A stretch of 57,383 nt of DNA from a virus. Taxonomy: Duplodnaviria; Caudoviricetes. The DNA lies in IMG/VR virus record IMGVR_UViG_3300028615_000012, positions 1-57,383 of that record; one strand, written 5' to 3'. Below are positions 17,258-26,580 of the stretch, piece by piece (position 1 is the first letter of the stretch; each line of letters begins with the position of its first letter). Made by a program: the position numbers and the translations under genes. The notes beneath the pieces were generated by a model that ran no database searches, had not been told where the DNA came from, and saw nothing but the letters and a program-made list of their open reading frames with translations.

Positions 17258-17622
17258 GAACAGCACCGCTGCACAGCTACGAATTAGATCGCGAGACTTA
17301 CGAGGAGCAACGCGAGGGCGGCCGGTGGAATCCGGCTAGGGTTATCGTCTGGCGCGGCCAGCGTTACACGATAGAAGCCGGCATGGCCGACAACGTCGAC
17401 GTATTCACCGAGGGCGGCGCGCTGTATGTGCTGGCCCGGAATCGCGGCATGTCTTACGCCGGGCTGGAAGTATTCCGCGACGGCGAGCGCATCGCGGATA
17501 TTTTCGTCGACGAGAGCGAGCGCGGCGACTACCTGAACGAATTGACCCCGATATATGCCGCTAAACGGCTGGCCAACTGGGCCGACGCCGAGGGCGGGGA
17601 GGCTTTCGGCTATGACTACTAA
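17254..17622 (+). CDS. Hypothetical early protein (122 aa)
   Basis: Extended RBS at 17237; ATGA coupling. Confidence 0.8.
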   Translation: MRTAPLHSYELDRETYEEQREGGRWNPARVIVWRGQRYTIEAGMADNVDVFTEGGALYVLARNRGMSYAGLEVFRDGERIADIFVDESERGDYLNELTPIYAAKRLANWADAEGGEAFGYDY

Positions 17623-18016
17623 AGCATTTACGGCCGATTGCGGCCACGAGATCCCCGCGTTACCCGCCGGCCACTCCGGCGGGACTGGCTATGGCCGAGA
17701 CGCCGAGGGCCGGACGTTTTGCTATGAGTGCTGTGCGGCCCTGGATCGCCGCGACATGGCCGAGACTGGCCGCGCGGTGCTCTATCTCACAACCGAGGGC
17801 CACGCGAGCGGGCCCTATGTGCTCACCAATTGGCCGGGCACGTTACGGATACCCGTGCAGGCCGCGAGCTCCGGCCGGCATAACATCGCCGGCACCCGTA
17901 CCGATGTCTGGTTTAGCTTCGGCGGCCGGCGCTGGCACGGCGTCCAATACGGCGAATTTTCACAGCTGGCGCATTGCAGGCGCCTGAAAGCAACACCCGA
18001 GGAGGTAAGACAATGA
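17612..18016 (+). CDS. Hypothetical Cys-containing early protein (134 aa)
   Basis: GGGAGG RBS; DCGH, GTGYG, CYECC, TNWPG motifs. Confidence 0.8.
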   Translation: MTTKAFTADCGHEIPALPAGHSGGTGYGRDAEGRTFCYECCAALDRRDMAETGRAVLYLTTEGHASGPYVLTNWPGTLRIPVQAASSGRHNIAGTRTDVWFSFGGRRWHGVQYGEFSQLAHCRRLKATPEEVRQ

Positions 18017-18387
18017 ACCGACCAACCCTGAAACAGCGCCGCCTTGCGGCGTTCAAGGCGCTAGGCGCCGAAAACCCGCGAGCAGCTGGCCGCGCGTTCG
18101 ACAAGATCGAGCGCCGGCACCACCGGAAGGCGCTCGCCTACTGTAACGAGCCGCAGACGGACGGCTGGCTTGAGCTCTGGAACACACAAAAGCGCATGGA
18201 TCTCGCCGCGCTTCGCGAACTATTGCCGGCGGTCCAGGATGGCGCTTTTTTTGTGAATCAGGACCCGCGCGGTTTTGCTATCAAGCTGGACAACGAAACC
18301 GAGGCAGGCCGCGCCGCGATCGAGCTCGCCGGCTGCGTTACTGACTGGGGCGGCTACGGCCTGCTGCAGTCGGAGGCGTACCAGTGA
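18013..18387 (+). CDS. Hypothetical early protein (124 aa)
   Basis: Extended RBS at 17995; AYCN and NQDPRG motifs. Confidence 0.8.
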   Translation: MNRPTLKQRRLAAFKALGAENPRAAGRAFDKIERRHHRKALAYCNEPQTDGWLELWNTQKRMDLAALRELLPAVQDGAFFVNQDPRGFAIKLDNETEAGRAAIELAGCVTDWGGYGLLQSEAYQ

Positions 18388-18833
18388 GGGCGCACAGGCT
18401 GCCGGCGCCAGAGCCCGGCAAACCGTGGACCCGCTCGCCCGTGTATCGAGCGCAATGCGTCACCGCTCGCGTTTTCTGCCGGCTGTTCGGAGCAGTCGGC
18501 AACGTGAGCAAGGGCCCGGATCCGCGCTATTTTCTGCGCGTCCGGTCCAAGTACCGCGGCGAGCAATGCCTGCGCATGCGTAAGCAGGCGGCCGACGTGA
18601 TCCGACTGGCCCGGCGCCACGGCTCGCTATTCGAGGCCGTGCAGGCTGCAGGAATCGAGCACGACAACCACGAGACGGACCTGTATCTGCCGGCCACGCC
18701 GGAGGCGCTGGCCCTGCTGGCATGCTTTCCGCTGAACGACAAAAACGCGGAGCGGTTCACCAGTGCCATAGATGCGTCGCCCTGGATAGATGTGCCGTTC
18801 GCCTATTTGCCGGGATGGGAGGCCAAGCCATGA
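18384..18833 (+). CDS. Hypothetical early protein (149 aa)
   Basis: GTGA coupling; C-terminal NHETDLY...WIDVPFAY domain. Confidence 0.7.
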   Translation: MRAHRLPAPEPGKPWTRSPVYRAQCVTARVFCRLFGAVGNVSKGPDPRYFLRVRSKYRGEQCLRMRKQAADVIRLARRHGSLFEAVQAAGIEHDNHETDLYLPATPEALALLACFPLNDKNAERFTSAIDASPWIDVPFAYLPGWEAKP

Positions 18834-19000
18834 GGCTACGAGACTGGATCCGCGAGAATCGCGAGGACATAGACGCGGCCATACTGTCGACGCCGGGGAT
18901 GGAAGGCTACAAGCTGAACGATGACGAGCGCGCCGACTGGATCCGCAACGACGAGGGCCTATATAACTGGGCCCGCCGCGATCTTCGGCGCAACCCATAA
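18830..19000 (+). CDS. Hypothetical early protein (56 aa)
   Basis: GGGAGG RBS; WIRNDEGLYNW motif. Confidence 0.75.
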   Translation: MRLRDWIRENREDIDAAILSTPGMEGYKLNDDERADWIRNDEGLYNWARRDLRRNP

Positions 19001-19039
19001 GGCGCGCGCCGTGCAGATATATGACGAGGAGGTAAGACA

Positions 19040-19411
19040 ATGAAAGACAGAATGCAAGCATGGGACTGGCCCAGTGTTCGCGATCGCTTCGCGACCCTTT
19101 CAGACGCGCTGGAAATGCCGCCGGATAGTTGCGGCGAGCTCGCCCAGGAACTACAGGATATTGCCGGCTGGATTGCCCTGCAGGGCGCCAGCAAGGCGGG
19201 GGTGTTTTGGGCTTGCCCGACTTGTGGCTGTACCGAAATCGAGGGGCAGGCATGGGTACACCTGAACGAGGACCGGCTATCGAATAGCGAACCGCCGTCC
19301 GATTATTATTGGTGTCCGCAATGCGACATTAACGGCGATGACGGACATTTTGAGAACGGTTGCCCCGAGGCCCAGGAATGGCGGCCGATAACCGAGGAGG
19401 CTACACAATGA
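19040..19411 (+). CDS. Zn-ribbon early protein (123 aa)
   Basis: CPTCG and WCPQC pairs; extended RBS. Confidence 0.8.
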   Translation: MKDRMQAWDWPSVRDRFATLSDALEMPPDSCGELAQELQDIAGWIALQGASKAGVFWACPTCGCTEIEGQAWVHLNEDRLSNSEPPSDYYWCPQCDINGDDGHFENGCPEAQEWRPITEEATQ

Positions 19412-19587
19412 GCACAGAAACAATCGGGTATGCGAACGTCGATTGTTACGATGATGTCTGGCGTTGGTGCATTGTGGCCAACTATGACGGCCAATGCGGC
19501 GACGTTCTGTGCGTTCTGCACGACGAGCAAGGCGGGCCGATGCACGAGCTCGCCGAGCGAATCATCACGAGCGGGGTGCTGCGATGA
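19408..19587 (+). CDS. Hypothetical early protein (59 aa)
   Basis: CCGAGGAGG RBS; ATGA coupling. Confidence 0.7.
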   Translation: MSTETIGYANVDCYDDVWRWCIVANYDGQCGDVLCVLHDEQGGPMHELAERIITSGVLR

Positions 19588-19787
19588 TGAAGCCAGACGT
19601 GCGAATGCACACCCAGGACCCCGTGTATTTCCGCCAGCTGGTCGAGTCGTCGGGGATGTCTCCGGCCGAGCTAGGCAGGCTGATCGGCCACGACGAACGC
19701 ACTATCCGGCGCTGGATGTCTGGCGAGCGTAAATTTAGTTACGCCGTGCAATTTATCGTCGAGTCCGTCGTGCTGAGTCCGGAATAA
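19584..19787 (+). CDS. XRE-type HTH regulator, last gene of the early operon
   Basis: SGMSPAELGRLIGHDERTIRRWMSGER helix-turn-helix. Confidence 0.8.
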   Translation: MMKPDVRMHTQDPVYFRQLVESSGMSPAELGRLIGHDERTIRRWMSGERKFSYAVQFIVESVVLSPE

Positions 19788-20166
19788 TCAGGGAGTGCGT
19801 CACGCGGTCATTGTTGGGCCGCAGGAATTCGGTGCCCTTATGCGTCGGCAAGTCATCGCCCTCGCGTATGGGCACCGATCGCTCTGCGCGCACGACACCG
19901 AGGCGCGGCCGAGGGCCGAACGGCGTCGCTTGCTGCACGATGACAAGGCAGTCGCCCGGCGATAGCTGGATGTCGCTATTGAGCACCGGCGTCCGGATTA
20001 TCACCTGATCCCCCGGCACCCGCCGAATGTCGACCTCGAAATCCTCAAGAAACCGCACGAGCTCCTCGACGTTTTCGACGCGCCACTGGATCCAGGGCAC
20101 GTCGGGCATGTCGGTCGGGACCGGCAGCTTGTTCAGGTAACGCTGGTTTACTTTGACTCGATCCAT
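19753..20166 (-). CDS. Hypothetical protein (137 aa)
   Basis: Last ORF of the leftward middle operon, converging on the early operon. Confidence 0.7.
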   Translation of the reverse strand: MDRVKVNQRYLNKLPVPTDMPDVPWIQWRVENVEELVRFLEDFEVDIRRVPGDQVIIRTPVLNSDIQLSPGDCLVIVQQATPFGPRPRLGVVRAERSVPIREGDDLPTHKGTEFLRPNNDRVTHSLIIPDSARRTRR

Positions 20167-20290
20167 TTACCGCTCGCATGCAGGCGCTCGGGAACCGAGG
20201 CAGGGCCCGCTATTCGTTCGATCTCCCCGCAGACCAGCCGGACCTTTGGCCATGGCGCATTTTTGCGCACGATGATAGGCCGGAGGACTG

Positions 20291-20737
20291 TCAGGTAATC
20301 GCTGCATCTCTCAACTCTCTCCAATGTCGCCGGATCTTGTGTTGCACTTGGCGAGGCAGATTGTATTCGGGCCATGGGTCCTCCGCAAATATGGCCAGCA
20401 GGACGTTCTGGACCGGCACGAGGACGTTGACCTCGTCGCCGAAGGTTTCCTCGAACTCCTTGCGCCCCCAAGGCAGGGGAGGGCCGAGCTCGCCGGACAT
20501 GCGCTGCCGTGTCTGGTCGGGCTCGGTCTGGCCGAAGTGGTGCCATGCACATAGGCCGATCGTCCATTGATGCTGCTCCTCGTCGCCGACGCGCCGCCCA
20601 TGCTCGGTGACGTGCTCGATCGTAGTGTGCACGTCCTTGTAGCCCATCAGGAGACAAGGCAGGCAGCCGCAAAACTTGGCGATCGTGTCCATGCGGTCCG
20701 CGTCCTGGGTCCGAATCGGCTTTGTTTTGCCTACCAT
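20291..20737 (-). CDS. Ref/DUF968-like HNH-type Zn nuclease
   Basis: GCLPC...IEHV...HQWTIGLCAWHH...FEETFG pattern. Confidence 0.75.
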   Translation of the reverse strand: MVGKTKPIRTQDADRMDTIAKFCGCLPCLLMGYKDVHTTIEHVTEHGRRVGDEEQHQWTIGLCAWHHFGQTEPDQTRQRMSGELGPPLPWGRKEFEETFGDEVNVLVPVQNVLLAIFAEDPWPEYNLPRQVQHKIRRHWRELRDAAIT

Positions 20738-20985
20738 CAGGCCGTCTCGGTGGGGGTGGGAGAATTGTTTTTCCTTTTTCCCACCGGCCGGAACGCCGCA
20801 TTGATCATGTTCTGGCGCTGGCGAGTCGACAGGCCGCCGGCGCACACTGGAACCTTGCCTTCGAGCACGGTTTTCACAGCGTATTCGCTAATCCCCAGAT
20901 AGTCCGCGATCTTTTTACGGCCGAGGCCGAGCTCGCTGAATTCACGGATCCGCTGCATGTCGTCATCGCATATTGTCTGGCTCAC
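20737..20985 (-). CDS. Small HTH DNA-binding protein
   Basis: GLGRKKIADYLGISEYAVKTVL; GTGA coupling. Confidence 0.7.
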   Translation of the reverse strand: MSQTICDDDMQRIREFSELGLGRKKIADYLGISEYAVKTVLEGKVPVCAGGLSTRQRQNMINAAFRPVGKRKNNSPTPTETA

Positions 20986-21299
20986 GATATATCTACCTCT
21001 CTGAATACCCATCGGTTTTTGACTTTGCGCCAGCCCCAGACGAGGATCGTCCAGCCGGCGGCTCGCATGTCAGGCAGAGCAGGGTTGTCGGCAATCTTTT
21101 TCACCCGCTTGGAGACGTCGCCATAACTGCAGGCCTGAACAGCCACCGTGCCTTGCTTGCCGACAGCGATGACGTCGATGCAGCCGAAAAGATCCTGCCG
21201 GACCTTGATCGCGTGATTCCATTTCTCGACGACCGCGGCCGTCATCTCACGTTTGCGTAGTTCCCGCAGCGTCAGTTGTGTCGGCGACATCTTCGCCAT
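20982..21299 (-). CDS. PD-(D/E)xK nuclease, Holliday-junction-resolvase-like
   Basis: VVEKW...DLFGCIDVIAV...VAVQAC...VWGW. Confidence 0.7.
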   Translation of the reverse strand: MAKMSPTQLTLRELRKREMTAAVVEKWNHAIKVRQDLFGCIDVIAVGKQGTVAVQACSYGDVSKRVKKIADNPALPDMRAAGWTILVWGWRKVKNRWVFREVDIS

Positions 21300-21534
21300 C
21301 TTTTGCTCTCCTCGCGTCCTCGCGTTTCACCCATGCAGCGATGACCTGCCGGGCCGATTGATACTCCGGCCAGCTTCGGATCTCGTCGCCCAGGGAGCCC
21401 TCCTCGTCGAACAAGGTGTCGCGAAAAAACGGATTCCAGTCGTTGCCGTAGCGCATTTTTGCTACCACGAGCAGGATCGCCATGCGATCGACCAGAAACC
21501 TAATGCGCGCCTTGTCTCTTTTTGCTTTTTGCAT
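21247..21534 (-). CDS. Hypothetical protein (95 aa)
   Basis: Overlap-coupled in the operon. Confidence 0.55.
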   Translation of the reverse strand: MQKAKRDKARIRFLVDRMAILLVVAKMRYGNDWNPFFRDTLFDEEGSLGDEIRSWPEYQSARQVIAAWVKREDARRAKDGEDVADTTDAAGTTQT

Positions 21535-23065
21535 ACTTGATGTTCCGGTGAATGATCCAATTCAGCACCCGCTCGCTAGGCGGCACGAGCGCGTGATTTT
21601 CCCAGTCTCGAGGCGGCCGAACGCCGGCCTTTTCCTCGAACGAGAACACCGCCCACATCGGCTTGCGGCCCTTCTCTTTGGCATAGTGGCGCAGCATGCC
21701 GAACAGGACTTGATGACTGGGCCAGCCGTCGGGCAGCTTTTTTGCCTCAAGATTGCGGCCTATGGGAACGAGATCGGAGTCAATGACGTCGACCTCGCGC
21801 TTGCTGAAAGGAACCTGCCAGCCGCATTTCGGGCAGCGCCGGCTGGCTTTGAAAACGTGCCCGCAATCCTCGCAGGTATGCGCGCGGCTCTCTTTTTCCT
21901 CGCCGGATCTCTCGTCGCGTGACCAGTTATGCGCAGCTGGCTGGCCCTCGTCGAGACGCCATCGGTACAGATCGTCCGCGAACCCGAGATCGCGCGTGTT
22001 GGCCGTATGGTCGAGCACCATGCAGGTTTTGAATCGAGGATCGTTGCGGTCTGCAATGCGATTGCCGTCGCCGTCGACGGCCGGCCGCATACCCCGGCCT
22101 ATCATCTGCAGATGCAGGACAATCGACTTTGTCGGCCGGCAAATTTGAATGCAGTCAACGCTCGGCGCATCGAACCCATAGCTGGCGATCGAGACATTTA
22201 CGAGGACCTGGATCCTTTGTGCCTTGAAGGCGGCCACGACGTCGTCTCTGGCGGTCTGCTCCATGCCGGTATGCAAGGCTGCCGCTCGTATTCCAACCTG
22301 CCGGAACCGGTCGGCAAGTGCCTCACAATGGGCGATGTCGACTGCGAACACGATCGTATGGCGCTCGTGCGCCAGTCGGAGCCAGTTGTCAACGGCGTCA
22401 CCGACCAATTCGACGCAGGCTTTCGAGAGTTTCTTGGTTTCATAGTCTCCCCGGCGGATCTTGATGCCGCGCAAGTCTGGCGTCGATCCGCCCCAGTATT
22501 CGCACGGCGCAAGGTAGCCCTGAGCGATCAGCTGACGGACGCTCGTGACGTGTTTGATCTCGGTGAAAAAATACCCAAGGCCCCGGCCGGTCAGGCGGGC
22601 TGGTGTCGCCGTGTAACCGTCGATGCGGGCCTTGGGCGAATAGTATTTCAGGATCTCGAGGATCTTCGGTGCGACTGACAGATGGCACTCGTCGACGATA
22701 ACGCGATCGACCCGCGGAAACCAGAAATCTGACTTGCGGGAGCGAGCAATCAGCGTCGGCCAGCTGACAACATGCACCGGATTGACCGGATTCCAATGCT
22801 CATCGACACGCTTCGCCCGCAGGACGCTGACATTTTGCGCGCCGCACAGCTGGCGAGCGAGGCCGAGCGTCTGTTCCAGGATCTCGTTGCGCGGCGTCAG
22901 AATTGCCGTGTCATCGCCGCGATCGAGCTCGCGCTTGGCAATCTGGCACTGGATCACCGTTTTGCCGGAGCCAGTCGGGCTGCAATGGATGACCTTGTCA
23001 TCCTTGCCGTGGCCCATGGCATAGTTGATGTCGTCGGCCTGATACCGGCGGGACTCGAGTTTCAT
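21500..23065 (-). CDS. SF2 DExH helicase with a C-terminal Zn ribbon (RadD/YejH-like)
   Basis: SPTGSGKT, VDECH, GYTATP, GFDAP, QMIGRGMR, CEDC/CPKC. Confidence 0.92.
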   Translation of the reverse strand: MKLESRRYQADDINYAMGHGKDDKVIHCSPTGSGKTVIQCQIAKRELDRGDDTAILTPRNEILEQTLGLARQLCGAQNVSVLRAKRVDEHWNPVNPVHVVSWPTLIARSRKSDFWFPRVDRVIVDECHLSVAPKILEILKYYSPKARIDGYTATPARLTGRGLGYFFTEIKHVTSVRQLIAQGYLAPCEYWGGSTPDLRGIKIRRGDYETKKLSKACVELVGDAVDNWLRLAHERHTIVFAVDIAHCEALADRFRQVGIRAAALHTGMEQTARDDVVAAFKAQRIQVLVNVSIASYGFDAPSVDCIQICRPTKSIVLHLQMIGRGMRPAVDGDGNRIADRNDPRFKTCMVLDHTANTRDLGFADDLYRWRLDEGQPAAHNWSRDERSGEEKESRAHTCEDCGHVFKASRRCPKCGWQVPFSKREVDVIDSDLVPIGRNLEAKKLPDGWPSHQVLFGMLRHYAKEKGRKPMWAVFSFEEKAGVRPPRDWENHALVPPSERVLNWIIHRNIKYAKSKKRQGAH

Positions 23066-23274
23066 CGAACACCATCGCGCACGGCTTGCAGGAACACGAT
23101 TAGCTCGTCAAGTTCACCGACATTCAGGCAGGTTTCTACTGGCCGCTCGTAGTCGCACGACGACAGCGAGATGACGCAAGTGTGGTCCTCGTCGTATATC
23201 GAAGGCAGCGACACCCGCAGCGAATCCTCGCCATTACGCCAATCCATCGAGCCCATTTTCAGGGTCCGCATCAT
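23062..23274 (-). CDS. Hypothetical protein (70 aa)
   Basis: ATGA-coupled on both sides. Confidence 0.65.
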   Translation of the reverse strand: MMRTLKMGSMDWRNGEDSLRVSLPSIYDEDHTCVISLSSCDYERPVETCLNVGELDELIVFLQAVRDGVR

Positions 23275-23456
23275 TCCGGCCTGTAGACTGCTACCGCCTC
23301 AATGCAGCTGCGCACGAGCTCCATCTCCCAACCGTCGACCGTGACGTAAATGATCGGCTTTACCTCGTTGGCCCACTGGTTATAAAAAATCTCGCACTGT
23401 TTTTCGTCTTTGATCTTGAAGTGACCAGCCGACGTCATTGTTATGTGAATGATCAT
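23271..23456 (-). CDS. Hypothetical protein (61 aa)
   Basis: AGGAGG RBS before ATG 23456. Confidence 0.65.
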   Translation of the reverse strand: MIIHITMTSAGHFKIKDEKQCEIFYNQWANEVKPIIYVTVDGWEMELVRSCIEAVAVYRPE

Positions 23457-23464
23457 GCTCCCTC

Positions 23465-24130
23465 CTATTTTGCGAGCGGGCTGTTGATGCGGCAGCCGAT
23501 ACGGTCGCCGCCGGCGCACTGGCCGGGCGGGCAGTTACACCATGTAACGTGCCGTGACAGCGTGTTACGGAGGCGCTCCTGGGCCTCCACCGGCGTCTCC
23601 TGCATGTCGCCGTAAATGTCGATTAGCTCGGCAAGCAGATCTCCCGGCGCATGTCCAGAATCGGCAAGGGGCGCGGATTCGTTCCTTACGGTTTCTATGA
23701 TGTTCTTAGTCTGCGGGGTATCATCCGGCGGGGGCTTCCTTTCTACGCGACCCTCGCGCAGCTGCTCCTCGCGGAGCTCCTCGACCGACTTCCCGGTCAA
23801 CTTCGACGCCAGATCGAGCAGCTTGTCCTCGTCGACCTCGGCCGGCGGATGAATTACCGGCTGCTCTTTGACGACCTTGTCGGCCTGCTCCATCTGCTCG
23901 TAGGACATGACACCGATGCGGCCGTCGGCATGCTTTACGATCCAGCCGAACTCAGGGATCTCCGTCTCGGTGTCGTTGACGTTGAGCCACTCTTTGTTGT
24001 CGACGGTCATCAGCCACTTGCTGTTCATCCACGCCGGCCACGTCTTTTCCTGATACCGCGTAGCCGGCGTCAGCTGAAAGGCCTCGATCACCGTGCCGTC
24101 TGGCATTTTGTAGCGGAAATCAGCCGGCAT
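23465..24130 (-). CDS. Hypothetical protein (221 aa)
   Basis: IEAFQL..WPAW...GWIVK domain and a Cys-rich C-terminus. Confidence 0.7.
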   Translation of the reverse strand: MPADFRYKMPDGTVIEAFQLTPATRYQEKTWPAWMNSKWLMTVDNKEWLNVNDTETEIPEFGWIVKHADGRIGVMSYEQMEQADKVVKEQPVIHPPAEVDEDKLLDLASKLTGKSVEELREEQLREGRVERKPPPDDTPQTKNIIETVRNESAPLADSGHAPGDLLAELIDIYGDMQETPVEAQERLRNTLSRHVTWCNCPPGQCAGGDRIGCRINSPLAK

Positions 24131-24845
24131 CGTCGCCACCCTTGCGCGCCTGCACAACCAAGCCGGCGAGCCACGTCGACACGTATTCCGCATCCGCGAC
24201 GTCGTCTTTGGTCAGCGTCATCTTGTTGGCTGCGTCGGGCCCGGAGTACGGAAACGCCTTGATCAGCTTGTGCGCCTCGCGGAGCTCGGCCAGATCGACC
24301 TCCTCCTGGGAGACGTCACCGCTGTCGATGTAGTCCTCGGAGTCGGGGTCCTTGGGCTCGGCCTTTTTCTTTTTCTTTTTCGGCTTGTCGTCGTCGGTCA
24401 TCATCTGTTGATGAATGTTCCGCACCGTGCGATCGGTGACGCCGCATATATCGGCGATCTCCTCCTGCGTCATCTTTGAGATCTCCGGATCCTTGAGGGC
24501 CATCTGCACCGCATGCCGCTTGTCGGCATTCGTTCGCCGTAAGCCGTGCGCCTGATTGGCTCCGAGCGCCTCTACCAGCGCGTCGTGCATGTTCCCCTCT
24601 TTGACCTCGCAAACAACCTCTGGCCAGCCCAGATTGACCATTGCATAGAGCCGGTGAAAGCCGTCGACCAAGACGTTGCGCTCGGTGTTTTTCTCGCGGT
24701 AGACCAGCAACGGCGGAAACTCGGAGCCATTCTCGAGCGCCTCCTGATAATCGTCGATTACTGACCGATCCAGCCGCACCCGAACCTGCGTCGCTGCAGT
24801 CGCCTCGATGTTGTCGATCTCAATTGTCTCGTAGACCGGCTCCAT
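24120..24845 (-). CDS. ParB/Srx N-terminal domain plus HTH protein (241 aa)
   Basis: QVR..LD..VIDDY...FPPLLV...LVDGFHRLYA, ANQAHGLRRTNADKR, TQEEIADICGVTDRTV. Confidence 0.85.
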   Translation of the reverse strand: MEPVYETIEIDNIEATAATQVRVRLDRSVIDDYQEALENGSEFPPLLVYREKNTERNVLVDGFHRLYAMVNLGWPEVVCEVKEGNMHDALVEALGANQAHGLRRTNADKRHAVQMALKDPEISKMTQEEIADICGVTDRTVRNIHQQMMTDDDKPKKKKKKAEPKDPDSEDYIDSGDVSQEEVDLAELREAHKLIKAFPYSGPDAANKMTLTKDDVADAEYVSTWLAGLVVQARKGGDDAG

Positions 24846-25123
24846 CAGTCGTCCTCCTGCAGCATGTCCATCTGGTTGTTGTAGAGCTTTTCGAGCGCCG
24901 CTTCCTTCTCGTTGGCCAGCTGCGTTATCAGCTGGTTGCGCAGCGTCTTGGTATGGTCCGGCTGGCTCGCCAGCTGCATGAGCAGGGCCGGGTCGACGCC
25001 CGTGTCGTGCTCCTCGCACACGCCCTTGCCGGCGACGCGCATTGCGAGCTCGAGAACCTCGAGTTTTTTCTCGGCGTCAGCGCGCAGCCGTTGCCGGAGG
25101 GTCATTGCTTTTTTCTTGGCCAT
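24845..25123 (-). CDS. Hypothetical protein (92 aa)
   Basis: AAGGA RBS; TGATG coupling; ends QMDML.. Confidence 0.75.
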   Translation of the reverse strand: MAKKKAMTLRQRLRADAEKKLEVLELAMRVAGKGVCEEHDTGVDPALLMQLASQPDHTKTLRNQLITQLANEKEAALEKLYNNQMDMLQEDD

Positions 25124-25156
25124 TACGGTTCCTTGTTTAGTGCTGATTGTGGTGCG

Positions 25157-25489
25157 AAAAAGGCGGGATTACGGACATGCTTGTAGTCCCGCCAAAACCT
25201 ATCCAGATTTCCACCGGGCATACCTCCGGGCCTTTGGCCATGCAGGACGCATGGTTACTCGGCTCGCCTTTGGTCGATGCAGTCGCCGTTGGCCACTCGG
25301 ATCATCGGTCAGCCCGTGGGACCTCCCCGAGATTTTTACCTGCCCTGAGTTTCGGTCGGTTGTGGACCCCACACCGGGGAATTGGCGGGGGTTGATACGA
25401 GATGCAACGGGATGCGACAATCGCATCGCGCCGGTAATCGTGGACCCCGATTCCCGAAGGCCCCGATAGTTCATCGCTGTCGGGGCCTT
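25157..25489. ncRNA. Hairpin-rich intergenic element (candidate structured RNA or replication origin)
   Basis: Stems at 25162-25193, 25238-25255, 25357-25376, 25411-25427, 25436-25452 and 25457-25489; GTGGACCCC repeated. Confidence 0.5.
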
Positions 25490-25512
25490 AAAATTTCTGC
25501 CGATCGAAAGTA

Positions 25513-25872
25513 TCACTCCTCGTATTCTCCGAGCAACATCTTTTTCTCGTGGCACCACTGGCATTGCCAGACGTCTATGTCACCCTCGCCGTCGTACCCT
25601 GGAACCATGGCGCAGCATGTTCCCTCGCCATCGCAGTCGGGGTCTGGGCACTTGGCGGCGCGCAACAACGTCGCCAGCTTGTGAACGTGATCACTGTTGA
25701 CCTGAACGACGTGCTCGAAAAACAGCTTGGCGCACTCCTCGTGCTCGCCCTCGAACGTCATAGGCGGGCCGAAGTGTAGCCGGCCGACCTCGGCGCCGTC
25801 GTTGTGGAAGGTAATGTGCTGCGGCGGATTGCCGCGCAGGATCTCGAACTCGCCGTCGTGTTTCTCGATCAT
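25513..25872 (-). CDS. Hypothetical protein with a C-terminal Cys cluster (119 aa)
   Basis: CPDPDC...CC...CQWC; GAGGAGG RBS. Confidence 0.75.
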   Translation of the reverse strand: MIEKHDGEFEILRGNPPQHITFHNDGAEVGRLHFGPPMTFEGEHEECAKLFFEHVVQVNSDHVHKLATLLRAAKCPDPDCDGEGTCCAMVPGYDGEGDIDVWQCQWCHEKKMLLGEYEE

Positions 25873-26045
25873 TTTGCCTCCTCGACCGTCTGGCCGTTTT
25901 CCCGCAAGATCGCGGCGGCACGGCTGGTTGATTTCAGCCAGTCCCGATCGAATGCTTCGTCGATTGACGCCGCCGTGTCTATCAAATCGCTGCCAGAGAT
26001 GGGCTCGCCATCGAGCAGGTATTTCTTTTTGTCGAGCTCGTGCAT
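25869..26045 (-). CDS. Hypothetical protein (58 aa)
   Basis: GGAG RBS; TGATG coupling. Confidence 0.7.
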   Translation of the reverse strand: MHELDKKKYLLDGEPISGSDLIDTAASIDEAFDRDWLKSTSRAAAILRENGQTVEEAK

Positions 26046-26431
26046 CAGCGATTCTCCGCTATTGGGCCGCAGTCGCACTGGGCCTTTTCTCTGGCGCCGC
26101 AGACGTGACACCACGGCGTCGGGTCCTCGTAAAATTGCGCTTGCGCCCTCGCTGCCTCGCGAGTTTTCAGTGCATCGCGCGACGGATACGTGTGCTCATT
26201 GATGCAGGTATCGTTGCCGTCTGGCCGGCGCTCGCGCGCATACCCTCGAGCCCCGCATGTCGGACACCAGCCGTACACGGCCTCGGCCTCGTCGAGCTCA
26301 AACGCCCGCCGCAGCTTTGCGTAAGCGTCCTGCAGATCCCACCCGCCGGCGGCGCTGCATCGTAGAACCTCTTTGGCGCGCTTGGCGACCACGCGGAGCT
26401 CGCGCGTACTCATCTTGTCGGGGTTTTTCAT
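26045..26431 (-). CDS. Zn-finger hypothetical protein (128 aa)
   Basis: CPTCG...C..EH and CHVCG...CDC. Confidence 0.7.
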   Translation of the reverse strand: MKNPDKMSTRELRVVAKRAKEVLRCSAAGGWDLQDAYAKLRRAFELDEAEAVYGWCPTCGARGYARERRPDGNDTCINEHTYPSRDALKTREAARAQAQFYEDPTPWCHVCGAREKAQCDCGPIAENR

Positions 26432-26580
26432 ACCGGCATGCCTCGTTTTTTCGATTCATCGCGGATGAACTTCCGGATGTACTTGGAGACGCTCATGCCG
26501 GCGCGGTGCGCCAGCAACCTCAAATTGCGGTGCTCGGCCTCGGTAATCCGGACCTGCACAAACTTGTTTTTCGTGTCCAT
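26428..26580 (-). CDS. Ribbon-helix-helix regulator (50 aa), probably leaderless
   Basis: KFVQVRITEAEHRNLRLLAHRAGMSVSKYIRKFI; promoter -10 element ends 8 nt before the ATG; no SD. Confidence 0.8.
   Translation of the reverse strand: MDTKNKFVQVRITEAEHRNLRLLAHRAGMSVSKYIRKFIRDESKKRGMPV

Noticed and set aside
24120-24845. ParABS plasmid-prophage partition system
   Set aside because: No ParA/Walker ATPase, replication initiator or protelomerase recognised; a ParB-like gene alone does not establish a plasmid lifestyle
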